Shown here: piece after piece, positions 29,513 to 39,062 of the stretch
Layout of the letters: every line of letters begins with the position of its first letter
How positions within the stretch are numbered: the stretch's first letter is position 1
NCBI GenBank assembly: GCA_963729895.1
Contig: CAVSQB010000023.1
Coordinates: 1-64,000 of the forward strand
Source of the DNA: an uncultured Fibrobacterota bacterium
Lineage (GTDB): Bacteria; Fibrobacterota; Chitinivibrionia; Chitinivibrionales; FEN-1185
Reading direction: 5' to 3'
Length of the DNA stretch: 64,000 nucleotides
Made by a program: the position numbers and the translations under genes
Notes under the pieces: model-generated
What the model was told of the DNA's origin: nothing
What the model saw: the letters and a program-made list of their open reading frames with translations, nothing else
Databases searched by the model: none

Positions 29513-30337
29513 ATGAACAAGGCATCCCCTGCGCGGTCAACAATGCCCGTCCTCTTCCTCGGCCACGGCAGCCCCATGAATGCCATCGAGGACAACGAAT
29601 TCTCCCGCGGCTGGCGGAACATCGCCCAAACTATCCCCAGACCAAAAGCAATCCTGTGCATCTCCGCGCACTGGGAAACGTGGGGCGCGCTGGTTACGGC
29701 AATGGACAAGCCCCGCACCATTCACGATTTCGGCGGATTTCCCCGCGAGCTGTACGAAGTGCAGTATCCGGCTCCGGGAAGTAAATGGCTGGCGCAGGAG
29801 GTCGCCAACGCAGCGGCAAAATCAGACGTGACGTTCGATGAAGAATGGGGCCTGGACCACGGGTGCTGGAGCGTGATTTCCCGTATGTACCCGGAGGCGG
29901 ACGTGCCCGTGGCGCAACTGAGCCTTGACGCGGCACGGTCTGCGCAGGAGCACTACGATCTGGCACGCCGGCTTGCACCGCTGCGGGAAAAAGGAGTGCT
30001 CATCGTGGGCAGCGGGAATATGGTGCACAACCTCGGGCTTGTCGAATTTCGCGGAAACGGGCCGGAAGCTTTTAACAGGCCGTTCGGCTTCGACTGGGCC
30101 ATGCAGGCCAACGACCTGTTCAAACAGTTGATAAACGATAACCAGCACGACAGGCTCATCGGATACCGGGCGCTCGGCGAATCCGTCAGGCGTGCGGTGC
30201 CCACGCCGGAACATTACCTGCCCATGCTCTATGCGATCGCTCTAAAACGGACGGACGAATCCGTTGCCTATTTCAACGACAAACCCGTTGCGGGGTCGCT
30301 CACCATGACGTCGTTTGTTGTTGACAAAACGGCATAA
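29513..30337 (+). CDS. ygiD: Extradiol ring-cleavage dioxygenase (4,5-DOPA dioxygenase/LigB family)
   Basis: FLGHGSPMN, ISAHWET, IHDFGGFP, GLDHG, SGNMVHNL, PTPEHYLP. Confidence 0.9.
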   Translation: MNKASPARSTMPVLFLGHGSPMNAIEDNEFSRGWRNIAQTIPRPKAILCISAHWETWGALVTAMDKPRTIHDFGGFPRELYEVQYPAPGSKWLAQEVANAAAKSDVTFDEEWGLDHGCWSVISRMYPEADVPVAQLSLDAARSAQEHYDLARRLAPLREKGVLIVGSGNMVHNLGLVEFRGNGPEAFNRPFGFDWAMQANDLFKQLINDNQHDRLIGYRALGESVRRAVPTPEHYLPMLYAIALKRTDESVAYFNDKPVAGSLTMTSFVVDKTA

Positions 30338-30364
30338 CCCCGCTCTCCCGCGCAACAGCCCGGA

Positions 30365-31072
30365 TCATTTTCCCACCGTGCAGTCAATCGTGGCATTCTG
30401 TTTGTCCGGATCGTTTGTTGTGATCACAAGCTTGCCCGAAAGCGGCCCGGCAAGGCCGGGCGCCCTCATCTCAAGCTTATACACGCGAAAACCGTCCCTG
30501 CGAACCGAATCCGTCGGCGTCCAGGTGAACGGAACGGTAACGGGCGCGTTGGACTCCCAGAACTGGGCGGCGCCGGCCTGCGGCACCTGCAGAACCACCT
30601 GATAGACGCGAAGGTCTTTCTTCTCGCATGCAAGATACACCGTGCCAGGTTTCGAAGCGGAAAGCGACAGGGTTTGTGGCGAAATGTCAATGACCGGACT
30701 GATGGTTGCGGTGATCGTGAGTTTCAGGGAGGGTGAATTTACCGCATTCGAAGACACGGTTATGAATTTGGAAAGCGGGCCGGAATGGAAGCCCGCAATG
30801 TTTACCGTTGATTGAATGGCGCCGGATTTGCCCGCCGGAACAAGGGTGTCGTACGTGGCTACCGTGCAGCCGCAGCCGGGACGCACGCTGTTGATCTTAA
30901 GCGGTTCGTCGCCGGTGTTCCTGATGGTGAACAACGCCTTGATCTGGTCGGTTTTCCACTCCACAACGGTTCCGCAGTCGATAGTTGTTTTGTCTACTTC
31001 GATCTTCGGGGCGGCGTGGATGGCTGCGCCGCCGCACAGTGAAAGCACAAGAATTGCTTTGGAGAAACGCAT
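30365..31072 (-). CDS. Exported DUF1573-domain protein
   Basis: Signal peptide; NTGDEPLKINSVRPGCGCT. Confidence 0.8.
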   Translation of the reverse strand: MRFSKAILVLSLCGGAAIHAAPKIEVDKTTIDCGTVVEWKTDQIKALFTIRNTGDEPLKINSVRPGCGCTVATYDTLVPAGKSGAIQSTVNIAGFHSGPLSKFITVSSNAVNSPSLKLTITATISPVIDISPQTLSLSASKPGTVYLACEKKDLRVYQVVLQVPQAGAAQFWESNAPVTVPFTWTPTDSVRRDGFRVYKLEMRAPGLAGPLSGKLVITTNDPDKQNATIDCTVGK

Positions 31073-31196
31073 TGACAATGTCCTTTCTTTCGCCGGAGAT
31101 CTGCGCCGCAAACGTTCTATAAGATACTCCCTGCAGAAATCCTCAGTGATCGACGACTTTTCTTGCCTCGAACGCGCACGCCAAGGCGACCGCGAT

Positions 31197-32138
31197 CTAC
31201 TGCTCAGCATGCGCTTTGCGCCAATTGCGGACGTTGGAGAGGCCCACGACCGCCGAGGGGCTGCCGTTCTTCGCGGCCAACGAAAAGAACTGTTCCGCTT
31301 CATCAATGCGCTGGCGATCAAAGGCGATGCTGCCGGCAAGCACTGCCATATCCGCAAAGTTCGGGAAACGCTTCATGCCGTCACGGCAGGTCTCAAGCGC
31401 CACGAGCTGGTTACCTGATTGTTGCTGAAGCAATGCGATGCGATAGAGGGTCCATTGTTTAGTTTTGTCAAGATCAAAGGCCATGGTGAGATAAGAAATG
31501 GAGCGGGGAATATCCCCCGCCTTTTCGTACAAGTCTGCAAGCAACAAATCAACATACAGGGTGTTCTTGCCGTCCAGCGGAAATGATTCGAGCCATTTGA
31601 TTGCTTCGTCCGCATCCCCCATGTCGCGATACATTTCCCCAAGAGCGATGTAGGCCTCCTCGACTTGAGGATAAAGCCTGATTATGTTTTCAAAGGCTGC
31701 CACTGCCTTGGCAATCGCGCCCACCCGGCGCAGTGTGGCGGCTTGGATCAGAAGCGCCTTTTGGTGCGTCGGATCAAGTTCGAGCGCGCGTTTTATCGAT
31801 GCAAGGCATCGGCCGAGGTCGTTGAGCTGGTAATAGCACACGGCAAGGTTGAAATTGGCCTTGAAGAAATCAGGCGCGTTCCGGATGCATGCGCGATAGT
31901 AAACGACCGCCTCTGCAAGGCTGTCGAGTTGGAAGTACGCATTGGCCATATTGTAGTAGCACAGGGCAGGCGTCTCGCCTTCGTCAGCTGCCTTATGGAA
32001 TAATTTGATCGCTTGGCGGAAATTCCCGGCGTTGTAGGCCTCATCGGCCTGGGAAAGCGAGGTCGTGGCGACAGGCATTGCCGTTGCAATGAGCATCAGG
32101 ACGAGGAAAATCGTTTTTTTCATGACAAGCAAAGTCAC
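31197..32138 (-). CDS. Exported tetratricopeptide-repeat protein
   Basis: Signal peptide, repeated TPR helices; last gene of the TonB module; start may be ATG 32123. Confidence 0.85.
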   Translation of the reverse strand: MTLLVMKKTIFLVLMLIATAMPVATTSLSQADEAYNAGNFRQAIKLFHKAADEGETPALCYYNMANAYFQLDSLAEAVVYYRACIRNAPDFFKANFNLAVCYYQLNDLGRCLASIKRALELDPTHQKALLIQAATLRRVGAIAKAVAAFENIIRLYPQVEEAYIALGEMYRDMGDADEAIKWLESFPLDGKNTLYVDLLLADLYEKAGDIPRSISYLTMAFDLDKTKQWTLYRIALLQQQSGNQLVALETCRDGMKRFPNFADMAVLAGSIAFDRQRIDEAEQFFSLAAKNGSPSAVVGLSNVRNWRKAHAEQ

Positions 32139-32773
32139 TGATCAAGATTGAAGTGGATTACTTGACGGAACCGCTGGTTGACCGGAATCCCCTTGTTCTT
32201 TGCCGGTTTGAAACGCCACAGCGCCACGCCTCGCTTGACTTCTGCCGTAAACAGGGGCGATGGCGATTTTGTGACCTCGATAGTAGTTGTTTTTCCCTCA
32301 TGTGTAACAACGAATTCCACTTCGACCGAGCCTTTGATCCCCTGCTCGGCCGCGCGTTCGGGATACGGGATGGGCGGGGTGTACTCCGGCGATGCGTCCT
32401 GGTCGACCTGGCCCTGCTCAAACACTTCGGCGGAAAGTTCCTGCTTCTGCAGCGCCACACCCGTTCCACCTTCCCCCGAAGCGTCCACGGTCAGGTCCGG
32501 CGTGAAACGCATGTTCATCTGGTTCTCAAGGGACTTTCCCTGGTTCGTCGGCGTTTGTACTTGGCGGATGCGCTGTTGCACCAGCTTTTTCTCCTCAGGA
32601 GGCTTGCGGACGATGTCCAATGCCGAAATCCTGCGCGGCTGCTGCTTGTCCGACTTGGAACCAAGACCCACTGCGGCATGCAGCAGCGAAACTCCGGTGA
32701 ACAGAACAAAACTCACCACGACGGCAAGCGCCAGACGCCCGATCCACAGTGACCAATAGGAAACAATATTCAT
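32135..32773 (-). CDS. tonB: Energy transducer TonB
   Basis: N-terminal TM; YPERAAEQGIKGSVEVEFVV..WRFKPA C-terminal domain. Confidence 0.9.
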   Translation of the reverse strand: MNIVSYWSLWIGRLALAVVVSFVLFTGVSLLHAAVGLGSKSDKQQPRRISALDIVRKPPEEKKLVQQRIRQVQTPTNQGKSLENQMNMRFTPDLTVDASGEGGTGVALQKQELSAEVFEQGQVDQDASPEYTPPIPYPERAAEQGIKGSVEVEFVVTHEGKTTTIEVTKSPSPLFTAEVKRGVALWRFKPAKNKGIPVNQRFRQVIHFNLDQ

Positions 32774-32779
32774 GTGGCA

Positions 32780-33817
32780 TCAGTCCTTGCTTGCCGCGAT
32801 TGATATCTTCTGCACACCCGCAAGAGTGCATTGGTCGATTACCTCGACCGTCCTGCCGACCGATCCGTCCCGGTCAGACACGATCACCACCGAAATATCT
32901 GGCTGTTTGCCGACCTCCTGCTCCACAAGCGTGCGAATGCGTTCGACCGTGGTCTGGCGTCCGTAAATGTGCACCGTGCCTTCACGGGTGATTCCGATAA
33001 GTATCGCCTTCTGCCCGGCAGGACGCGCACTCTGCGCCTTGGGCTTTGAAACGTCCACGCCGGTCTCCACATACAGGTTTGCAGTGACCACGAAGAAGAT
33101 CAATAAAATCATGATCGTGTCGACAAAGGGCGCAAGGTTGATTTCAGGGTTCTGGTGTTCCTCCTGGAACGGGTTGTTGATGGGACGCATCGATCCTCCT
33201 TTGGAAGGTTCGGCCTTTGCCTCTGGACGGCCGCGCAGAAGTTTACTTAATAGTATGTCCCGGTCTTCGCGAAGGCCGGCAATAAGCTTTTCTTTTGCGG
33301 TATTGAGATAATTCAGGAACAAAAGCGACGACACGGCCACTGCCAGACCGGTCAGCGTGGCCTCGAGCGCCATGGAAATACCGTTGGCCATGATTGTCGG
33401 ATTGCCGAAACCAAACTCGCCGATAATGGCGAACATGCTGTTCATACCGGTGATGGTACCGAGCAGGCCCAAAAGCGGCGCCATAACGATGCAGGCGGTG
33501 ATGGTGGAAAAACCGCGGTCGAGCCGGGGCTTTATTTGGATTAAGAGCTCTTCGAACGTGCGTTCCGCCTGCTCCGGTTTGATCCCCGGGCTTAGCATCC
33601 GCTTGACAAAAACGTCAAAGGCGGAGTAGCCTGTGCGCGTCGTCGGTCCCGCCTCTCGGGTCACGAGTATGGCGTGAACCCGTGTGCGCGCCTTACGCAG
33701 CTGCGCGAAGCGGACCAGCTTTCCGAATACGATATGCCACACCACGACCGATACGGCAAAAATGGGAAACAGCACCCATCCGCCTTCATAAAAGAGCTTC
33801 AAAAACGGTGTGAACAC
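32780..33817 (-). CDS. ExbB-ExbD single ORF (fusion, with internal ExbD start at 33190)
   Basis: APLLGLLGTITGM..GISMALEATLTGL followed in frame by INLAPFVDTIMILLIFFVVT. Confidence 0.85.
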   Translation of the reverse strand: MFTPFLKLFYEGGWVLFPIFAVSVVVWHIVFGKLVRFAQLRKARTRVHAILVTREAGPTTRTGYSAFDVFVKRMLSPGIKPEQAERTFEELLIQIKPRLDRGFSTITACIVMAPLLGLLGTITGMNSMFAIIGEFGFGNPTIMANGISMALEATLTGLAVAVSSLLFLNYLNTAKEKLIAGLREDRDILLSKLLRGRPEAKAEPSKGGSMRPINNPFQEEHQNPEINLAPFVDTIMILLIFFVVTANLYVETGVDVSKPKAQSARPAGQKAILIGITREGTVHIYGRQTTVERIRTLVEQEVGKQPDISVVIVSDRDGSVGRTVEVIDQCTLAGVQKISIAASKD

Positions 33818-33820
33818 TTC

Positions 33821-35287
33821 TTATTCCTTAGGATAGACGGCATCGAGTATGGCAATCGTGTCATTCTCCAGGTCCGCCATGAGACGGTCCTTGGCGGAAC
33901 GAAGCAAGTCATGGATAAAAAGTACGGGAATGGCAATGGCCAGACCGGTTTTCGCCGTAATAAGAGCCTCGGATATTCCGCCTGCAAGAAACTTTGGGTC
34001 CCCGGTTCCATAGTGGGTGACCTCAGCGAACAGCGTGATCATGCCGCTTATGGTTCCCAAAAGTCCAAGAAGCGGAGCTGCGCCCGCGATGACCGCCAGC
34101 GTATTGAGATTGCGGCGCAAGGGAGGGGTCTCTAGCGACAGAATTTCGTACACGGCTCGTTCACCTGTCTGCCTGCCTTGGCTTTGTCGTTCAAGGCCGG
34201 CTTGAACTATGCGGGCAATTACCCCCTTCTTGCATGATTGCGCCCAAGCCAAAGCGGCGGCATAGTCTTTCTCATTAAGGAACTTCATTGCGGTGGCATA
34301 TTGGCGCTTGAGCAGACGACCGCGCCCTGCATATTGAAGGATTTTGCCGATCGTCAGGTAAAGCACCCAGAAGGGAAGCATGAGCAGGGGAATCATTACC
34401 CAGCCGCCCTTGGCGAACGATTCGTACAACGCAAGCCACGTAGATTGGCTTTTTCCGGCAATCAGCAAGCGGGCCTGGTCATTCTGCATCACCTCCATGA
34501 GCACATTTCCGGAAATGCGGCCGGTCGAAAGCCATTTAGGGAACTGTTCTGTCAATTTTGCCGCAAGCTGGGGCGCCGCGATCTTTTCCACGGAATACCG
34601 TTCAGCGCCCAGCCTGCCTGTTTGGCGCAGATAAAAGCACGTTCCCGCGGCCGAGTCGATGCCGTAGCCGAACACGTTGCCGAAACGCGAAATTGTCAGT
34701 TGTTTCGGCCCGCCTTCTTCGGGGAGGACCACCGCCCTGGTGAGCAGTATGGAATCGCCGCGGCCGTACCATGCCAGCCGGTAATTGACAAAGTCTCCAA
34801 AGGCCGCGGCGAGCGAATGATGTTCGTCTAGGGACGCCCGGATCTTTTCGAGCTCGGCGCGGCGGATCTCCTTGTCGAGCGGAAAGACCTCAAGGAGGCC
34901 GTCCGCTTCTTTCTGAAAAATGTCCTTGATCTGGTTTTGCAGGTATGTCCACTCATCCTTTTTCGCTTCGAGGTTTTTGACTTCATCCGCGAGCGACTGT
35001 TCGCGGCTGAGTTCTTCTTCCTTGATCCGCGCGAGTTCCGTCTCCATGCGGTCCTGCTGTTCGTGCAGCTTGTCGAACTCGTCCTTGTTCGCCTCTTTCA
35101 TTTCCACGGCCTGCTGCTTGATCGAGTATTCCTTTGTAATGAGCTCCTGCAGGCTGTCGCGCGCCTTGTCGAGGGAGTTCTGGAGTTCCTTGCGTTCCGC
35201 TTCCTTCATCGCCTGGATCTTTTCGGCCTTGCCGGCAAAAGATACCGTGACCGTAAGGAAAAGAATTGCGAAAAGTATCTTTTTCAT
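33821..35287 (-). CDS. MotA/TolQ/ExbB channel with long periplasmic coiled coil (TtpC-like)
   Basis: Signal peptide, coiled coil, APLLGLLGTISGMI, GGISEALITAKTGL. Confidence 0.85.
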   Translation of the reverse strand: MKKILFAILFLTVTVSFAGKAEKIQAMKEAERKELQNSLDKARDSLQELITKEYSIKQQAVEMKEANKDEFDKLHEQQDRMETELARIKEEELSREQSLADEVKNLEAKKDEWTYLQNQIKDIFQKEADGLLEVFPLDKEIRRAELEKIRASLDEHHSLAAAFGDFVNYRLAWYGRGDSILLTRAVVLPEEGGPKQLTISRFGNVFGYGIDSAAGTCFYLRQTGRLGAERYSVEKIAAPQLAAKLTEQFPKWLSTGRISGNVLMEVMQNDQARLLIAGKSQSTWLALYESFAKGGWVMIPLLMLPFWVLYLTIGKILQYAGRGRLLKRQYATAMKFLNEKDYAAALAWAQSCKKGVIARIVQAGLERQSQGRQTGERAVYEILSLETPPLRRNLNTLAVIAGAAPLLGLLGTISGMITLFAEVTHYGTGDPKFLAGGISEALITAKTGLAIAIPVLFIHDLLRSAKDRLMADLENDTIAILDAVYPKE

Positions 35288-36126
35288 TTTGCGCCCCCTT
35301 GTCCCGCGTCGACGCCAAGAGGGAGATTTACAAACGCCGGCAGTGATTTTCCTTCCCGGACGTTAACCGCCTGAAGGACCATCATGGCGGTGCCCGGCGA
35401 ATTCAGGTTCTTCCAGTGAGGAGCGCCGTCGTTTCCCCATCCTGTGAAAACGGCGCATTTCTCCCCCTTGGTGTCAACTACCGCCTCGAATATGGTCCCG
35501 ATGCGAAGACGGTAAACCATGCCTGGTATGTCGGGCGTCGGCGAGCTTTCCTGCGAAACTTGGATGCCGGAGCTGGCTTCGTCGAGCTTGTTAAAGATCT
35601 GCACCAGCCGTGTACAGCCTTCGACAATGTCGACCGATTTGGTTGTCAGGTCATTGATGAGAAGGGAAAGGCCCGAAAGCGTGGGTGCCATGATAAGCGG
35701 CGGAAGCCTCTTCACCGCCGGAGTAACGTTGTTGCAAAAGGAGATCAGTTTCTGGCGGAACTCGTCCTGCGACAGCTCGATCTCATGGCGTTGCGCAAGC
35801 ACGCCGCTGATCCGGGCTGCGAGCGCCTCATCGGCTCGGGACTGGACGGTGGTCTCGGACTTCAAAGTATCAAGCTGACTCTGGGTCTGGGCCAGATGCT
35901 GGGAAGTGCGTGCACGGTACGCATCGAAGTCTTGTTTGTCCTTTTCCATTTCCTGGCCTACTCGCTCGGCGTCCACCTGCGATTGTATGAGTTCCTTTCG
36001 CAGCCGCGCGATTTCATCATCGATCGACGGGGGCGCGACCTGGGCCGCGACTGCAAAGGTGCAGAACGCCAATGCCGCCGAGAATTTCACCGAGCGAACC
36101 ATCTTTTTCATGTGCTTAGTCTCCAT
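35284..36126 (-). CDS. DUF3450-like periplasmic coiled-coil protein
   Basis: Signal peptide, coiled coil, LRIG motif, position typical of TonB2-type operons. Confidence 0.6.
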   Translation of the reverse strand: METKHMKKMVRSVKFSAALAFCTFAVAAQVAPPSIDDEIARLRKELIQSQVDAERVGQEMEKDKQDFDAYRARTSQHLAQTQSQLDTLKSETTVQSRADEALAARISGVLAQRHEIELSQDEFRQKLISFCNNVTPAVKRLPPLIMAPTLSGLSLLINDLTTKSVDIVEGCTRLVQIFNKLDEASSGIQVSQESSPTPDIPGMVYRLRIGTIFEAVVDTKGEKCAVFTGWGNDGAPHWKNLNSPGTAMMVLQAVNVREGKSLPAFVNLPLGVDAGQGGAK

Positions 36127-36170
36127 TCAGAAAAATCTTTTTGCAATTCGCACGATTGCCGGAATTGGGA

Positions 36171-36206
36171 TGAAGGGCCTGCGGTTTTTCGCGGGCAGGC
36201 CCTTCA
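36171..36206 (-). terminator. Stem-loop downstream of the TonB-dependent receptor
   Basis: TGAAGGGCCTGC..GCAGGCCCTTCA 12-bp stem, weak U-tract. Confidence 0.5.
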
Positions 36207-36220
36207 CCGCACATACAGAA

Positions 36221-38458
36221 TTATGTCTTCAAACGCAGTCCAACATACAATTGCCTTCCGCGCAACGGCCCCCAAATATGCGAGGTATTGAAATTGCCTT
36301 GAGCATCCCAATAGTGAGGATCGTCGTGGGCTGACCCTGTCTGGGTGTAGTTGAGCAGATTCTCGGCTCCCGCGTACAGGTCCAGCGTCTTAAGCAGCTT
36401 CCAACTCGCTTTCATGTTGACAACGAAAAAACCGGGCGCCTGAGTGAGTTTGGGATCGCTTGCTACGCCGTTTTCAAAAACATTGTATTGATTGGCATAG
36501 CCGTATGGCGTCAGGTCTCGCGGCGCGGTCCAGGCCACGTCTCCGGAAAGTGAAGCAGGTCCATAGTTCATTTCGAGGCGTCCATTGACCTCGGTTTCCA
36601 TGGCAGCCACCAGTTCGACCGCTTTGTATTGATCGGGAATCTGCTGGTGTTCGACGCCTATGCCCACCTTGAGCCATGTCCATGGAAGAAAGGAGGCTTC
36701 GGCATCAACATCCAAAAACGGAAGCTGGACACTATCATTTCGCAGGATTGGACGGGGCAAAGTCGAATCGTCGTCAACGTATTCCAGATTAGAGACCTCG
36801 GTGAAATAACTGCCGACGGTCAGGTTCCATTGCGACCTGTCGAAAGATAGCGAGCCCCCTACTCCTTCGGCACTCTCCAGCCTGCTGACGCCAATGTCGA
36901 AGCCGTTATTCAACAGGCCGTGGTCCAGTTCAAAGAAAGTGAGGGGCGCGCGCCAACCCAAACCTGCGGACAAGCGGCCCGTGAGGCCTTCGATAAACTC
37001 CCAACGCAGGCTCGCTCTCGGCGCGGCTATGAAATTTTCGATTTTTTCGCCGGGCTTATTGATCCAATTCACCTCGATATCATCCAAGCGCAGCGCCAGG
37101 GACAGGTCGCGCTGATGCCCGAAGTTCCACACGTCCTGCAAGTAACCGCCTCCGAAAGTTGCGTTATAGGAATCCGGAGTAATCCCAAGGACTTGGTAAT
37201 AGTAGTGGGATTGCGACGCCATTTTCTCGATGTTGCCGTCAATGCCCAGTGTGAGGGTGTTAGCCCAGGCGGTTGCTTGCCAACGCAAGTCCCCTACAAA
37301 ATTATTGTCAGAATTGTTGTAATCCGCGCCACCTTCATACTCGGACACCTGCGATTGGCTGGCCATGCCCGCCCGCAACTGCCATGTACCCAAGTACGGC
37401 GAATCCCAGGTGAGCGTCCCCGCACCTTCGTCGCGAGTTGTTTGGATCCATTCAATAATATCTATCGGATTGCCTATAAAGGCATTCTCTACATTCCCTC
37501 CAACGTAGAGCGGAATTGAATCCGCCGGCCCCACAGCCGCGCCCATGTGATTTGATGTCATCGCAGCGCCGAAAACCTCCGAGTAGCTGTGCACGTACCG
37601 CAGATTCCACGACCAGTTTTCGCCGATAAGACCGTTCAGTCTCAACAAGGCGCTTTCGTCGTTGAGAGACGGAGACTCCGAAACGCCATTGCCGTCGGCA
37701 TCCCATTGTCCTTCATAAAAGTGGTGCGCGGCAACGAGAACGCCGAGTTTCCCGCTGTCTACCACGGCTGTTCCCGAGAACGAAAGATGATTCCAATCAT
37801 TATTGCCTAGAGCGGCGTCGGCAGTGATGGAATTACGAATAGGGTCACGAAAACGGACATCCATTGCACCACCCATGGCGCCTGGAGCCAGGAGAGAAGC
37901 GCCAGGCCCGCGCGAGATATCAATGTCCGTGACTCCGGCGGTTGTGAGCGCGTCAACGCCGTAGAAACTCGTTACGGGAGTGTAAATCGGAAGGCCGTCG
38001 ACAAGAACGGTTGTATGATTTGCGCCCAGGCCATTGATCTGGATTTGCTTGAAACCGCATGAACTGCATCCTGTCAAGACACAGACACCCGGTTCGGACG
38101 TCACCGCCTGAGTAAAATCATCCGCATTTTTGAGAAAAATTGCCTCGGGCGTAACAATGTTGGTCGGCTGGATTGCATTTGACAAAGCGCCCAGGCGGTC
38201 CAACCTGGCTTCGTTAAGCCTTTGGGTGGTGACGGTCATCGTGTCGAGCAAGTGTATTTTTTGCAAAGAGGAATCCGCCTTGGTTTGCGCCTGCGCAAAA
38301 TATGCAAAAGTGAAAAGAACGGTCACCACGAACAAAAACGGTTTTCGCGCGGGATTATCTGAAATAACGATTTCCGAAAGCCAGCCTATGCGTAGTTGAT
38401 ATATTAATAATTCTAAATTGAATTTCATATGCCTCCCGAGTCGCAAAGTTAAACACAT
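36221..38458 (-). CDS. TonB-dependent receptor with Cys-rich plug (C-x4-CxxC)
   Basis: LDTMTVT TonB box, CVLTGCSSCG, VLVDGLP, IDISRGPGASL, ENLLN, GRQLYVGLR end; start uncertain. Confidence 0.88.
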   Translation of the reverse strand: MCLTLRLGRHMKFNLELLIYQLRIGWLSEIVISDNPARKPFLFVVTVLFTFAYFAQAQTKADSSLQKIHLLDTMTVTTQRLNEARLDRLGALSNAIQPTNIVTPEAIFLKNADDFTQAVTSEPGVCVLTGCSSCGFKQIQINGLGANHTTVLVDGLPIYTPVTSFYGVDALTTAGVTDIDISRGPGASLLAPGAMGGAMDVRFRDPIRNSITADAALGNNDWNHLSFSGTAVVDSGKLGVLVAAHHFYEGQWDADGNGVSESPSLNDESALLRLNGLIGENWSWNLRYVHSYSEVFGAAMTSNHMGAAVGPADSIPLYVGGNVENAFIGNPIDIIEWIQTTRDEGAGTLTWDSPYLGTWQLRAGMASQSQVSEYEGGADYNNSDNNFVGDLRWQATAWANTLTLGIDGNIEKMASQSHYYYQVLGITPDSYNATFGGGYLQDVWNFGHQRDLSLALRLDDIEVNWINKPGEKIENFIAAPRASLRWEFIEGLTGRLSAGLGWRAPLTFFELDHGLLNNGFDIGVSRLESAEGVGGSLSFDRSQWNLTVGSYFTEVSNLEYVDDDSTLPRPILRNDSVQLPFLDVDAEASFLPWTWLKVGIGVEHQQIPDQYKAVELVAAMETEVNGRLEMNYGPASLSGDVAWTAPRDLTPYGYANQYNVFENGVASDPKLTQAPGFFVVNMKASWKLLKTLDLYAGAENLLNYTQTGSAHDDPHYWDAQGNFNTSHIWGPLRGRQLYVGLRLKT

Positions 38459-38606
38459 TGCTTTAAGGAATAAGCGCTGAAAGCCCGGGAGAGTTCGGCC
38501 TATTAAATTAGATGCTCAGTCTGAATAATACATGCTTTGTGCGTAGATAATTTAGACCTGGAGCGCCTTGTTTGCCTCCCTGGCCGGTCAGCAAAGGGGA
38601 CGTGTT

Positions 38607-38921
38607 TTAAGAAACCGAGATCAAAGCGGGAGGTGCGCGGCTATCAAAAGAGGACAAAATGCGGGGAATGCAATAGTGTACTACGTGGCAAGGCAATTCT
38701 TCAATGGAGCCGGTGGCCGTTGGAAGAGAAAAAACCGCTTCAGCAACCGGGGTGTGGTTCTGCATGGTGCAGAAAACGCAATCATCATGATCCACACCGT
38801 CGCTATGGTGGTGGGTAGGTAGGGCAATGCCCAAAAACAAGCAAATATATAGCGAAAAGAAAATCTTTAGAAAAAGATTTTCTTGTATACCTTGAATAAG
38901 GAAAATCGGTTTATTGCACAT
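38607..38921 (-). CDS. DUF2946/CruR-like leader peptide (HHH, CxxC, C-terminal RAPP)
   Basis: Hydrophobic N-terminus, THHHSDGVDHDDCVFC, SRAPPALISVS; directly upstream of a TBDR. Confidence 0.8.
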   Translation of the reverse strand: MCNKPIFLIQGIQENLFLKIFFSLYICLFLGIALPTHHHSDGVDHDDCVFCTMQNHTPVAEAVFSLPTATGSIEELPCHVVHYCIPRILSSFDSRAPPALISVS

Positions 38922-39062
38922 GATAACCAACTCAATATACGTATCGGCAAAGCGTTTATTGACGACCCTTTTCCGGTTCCCTCCGAATATTTCAAAGAAC
39001 AAAAAAGCAACAACTCTACCATGCGGCGCCTGCTGACGTCGCTAAACCCCGACAGGTTTTTA

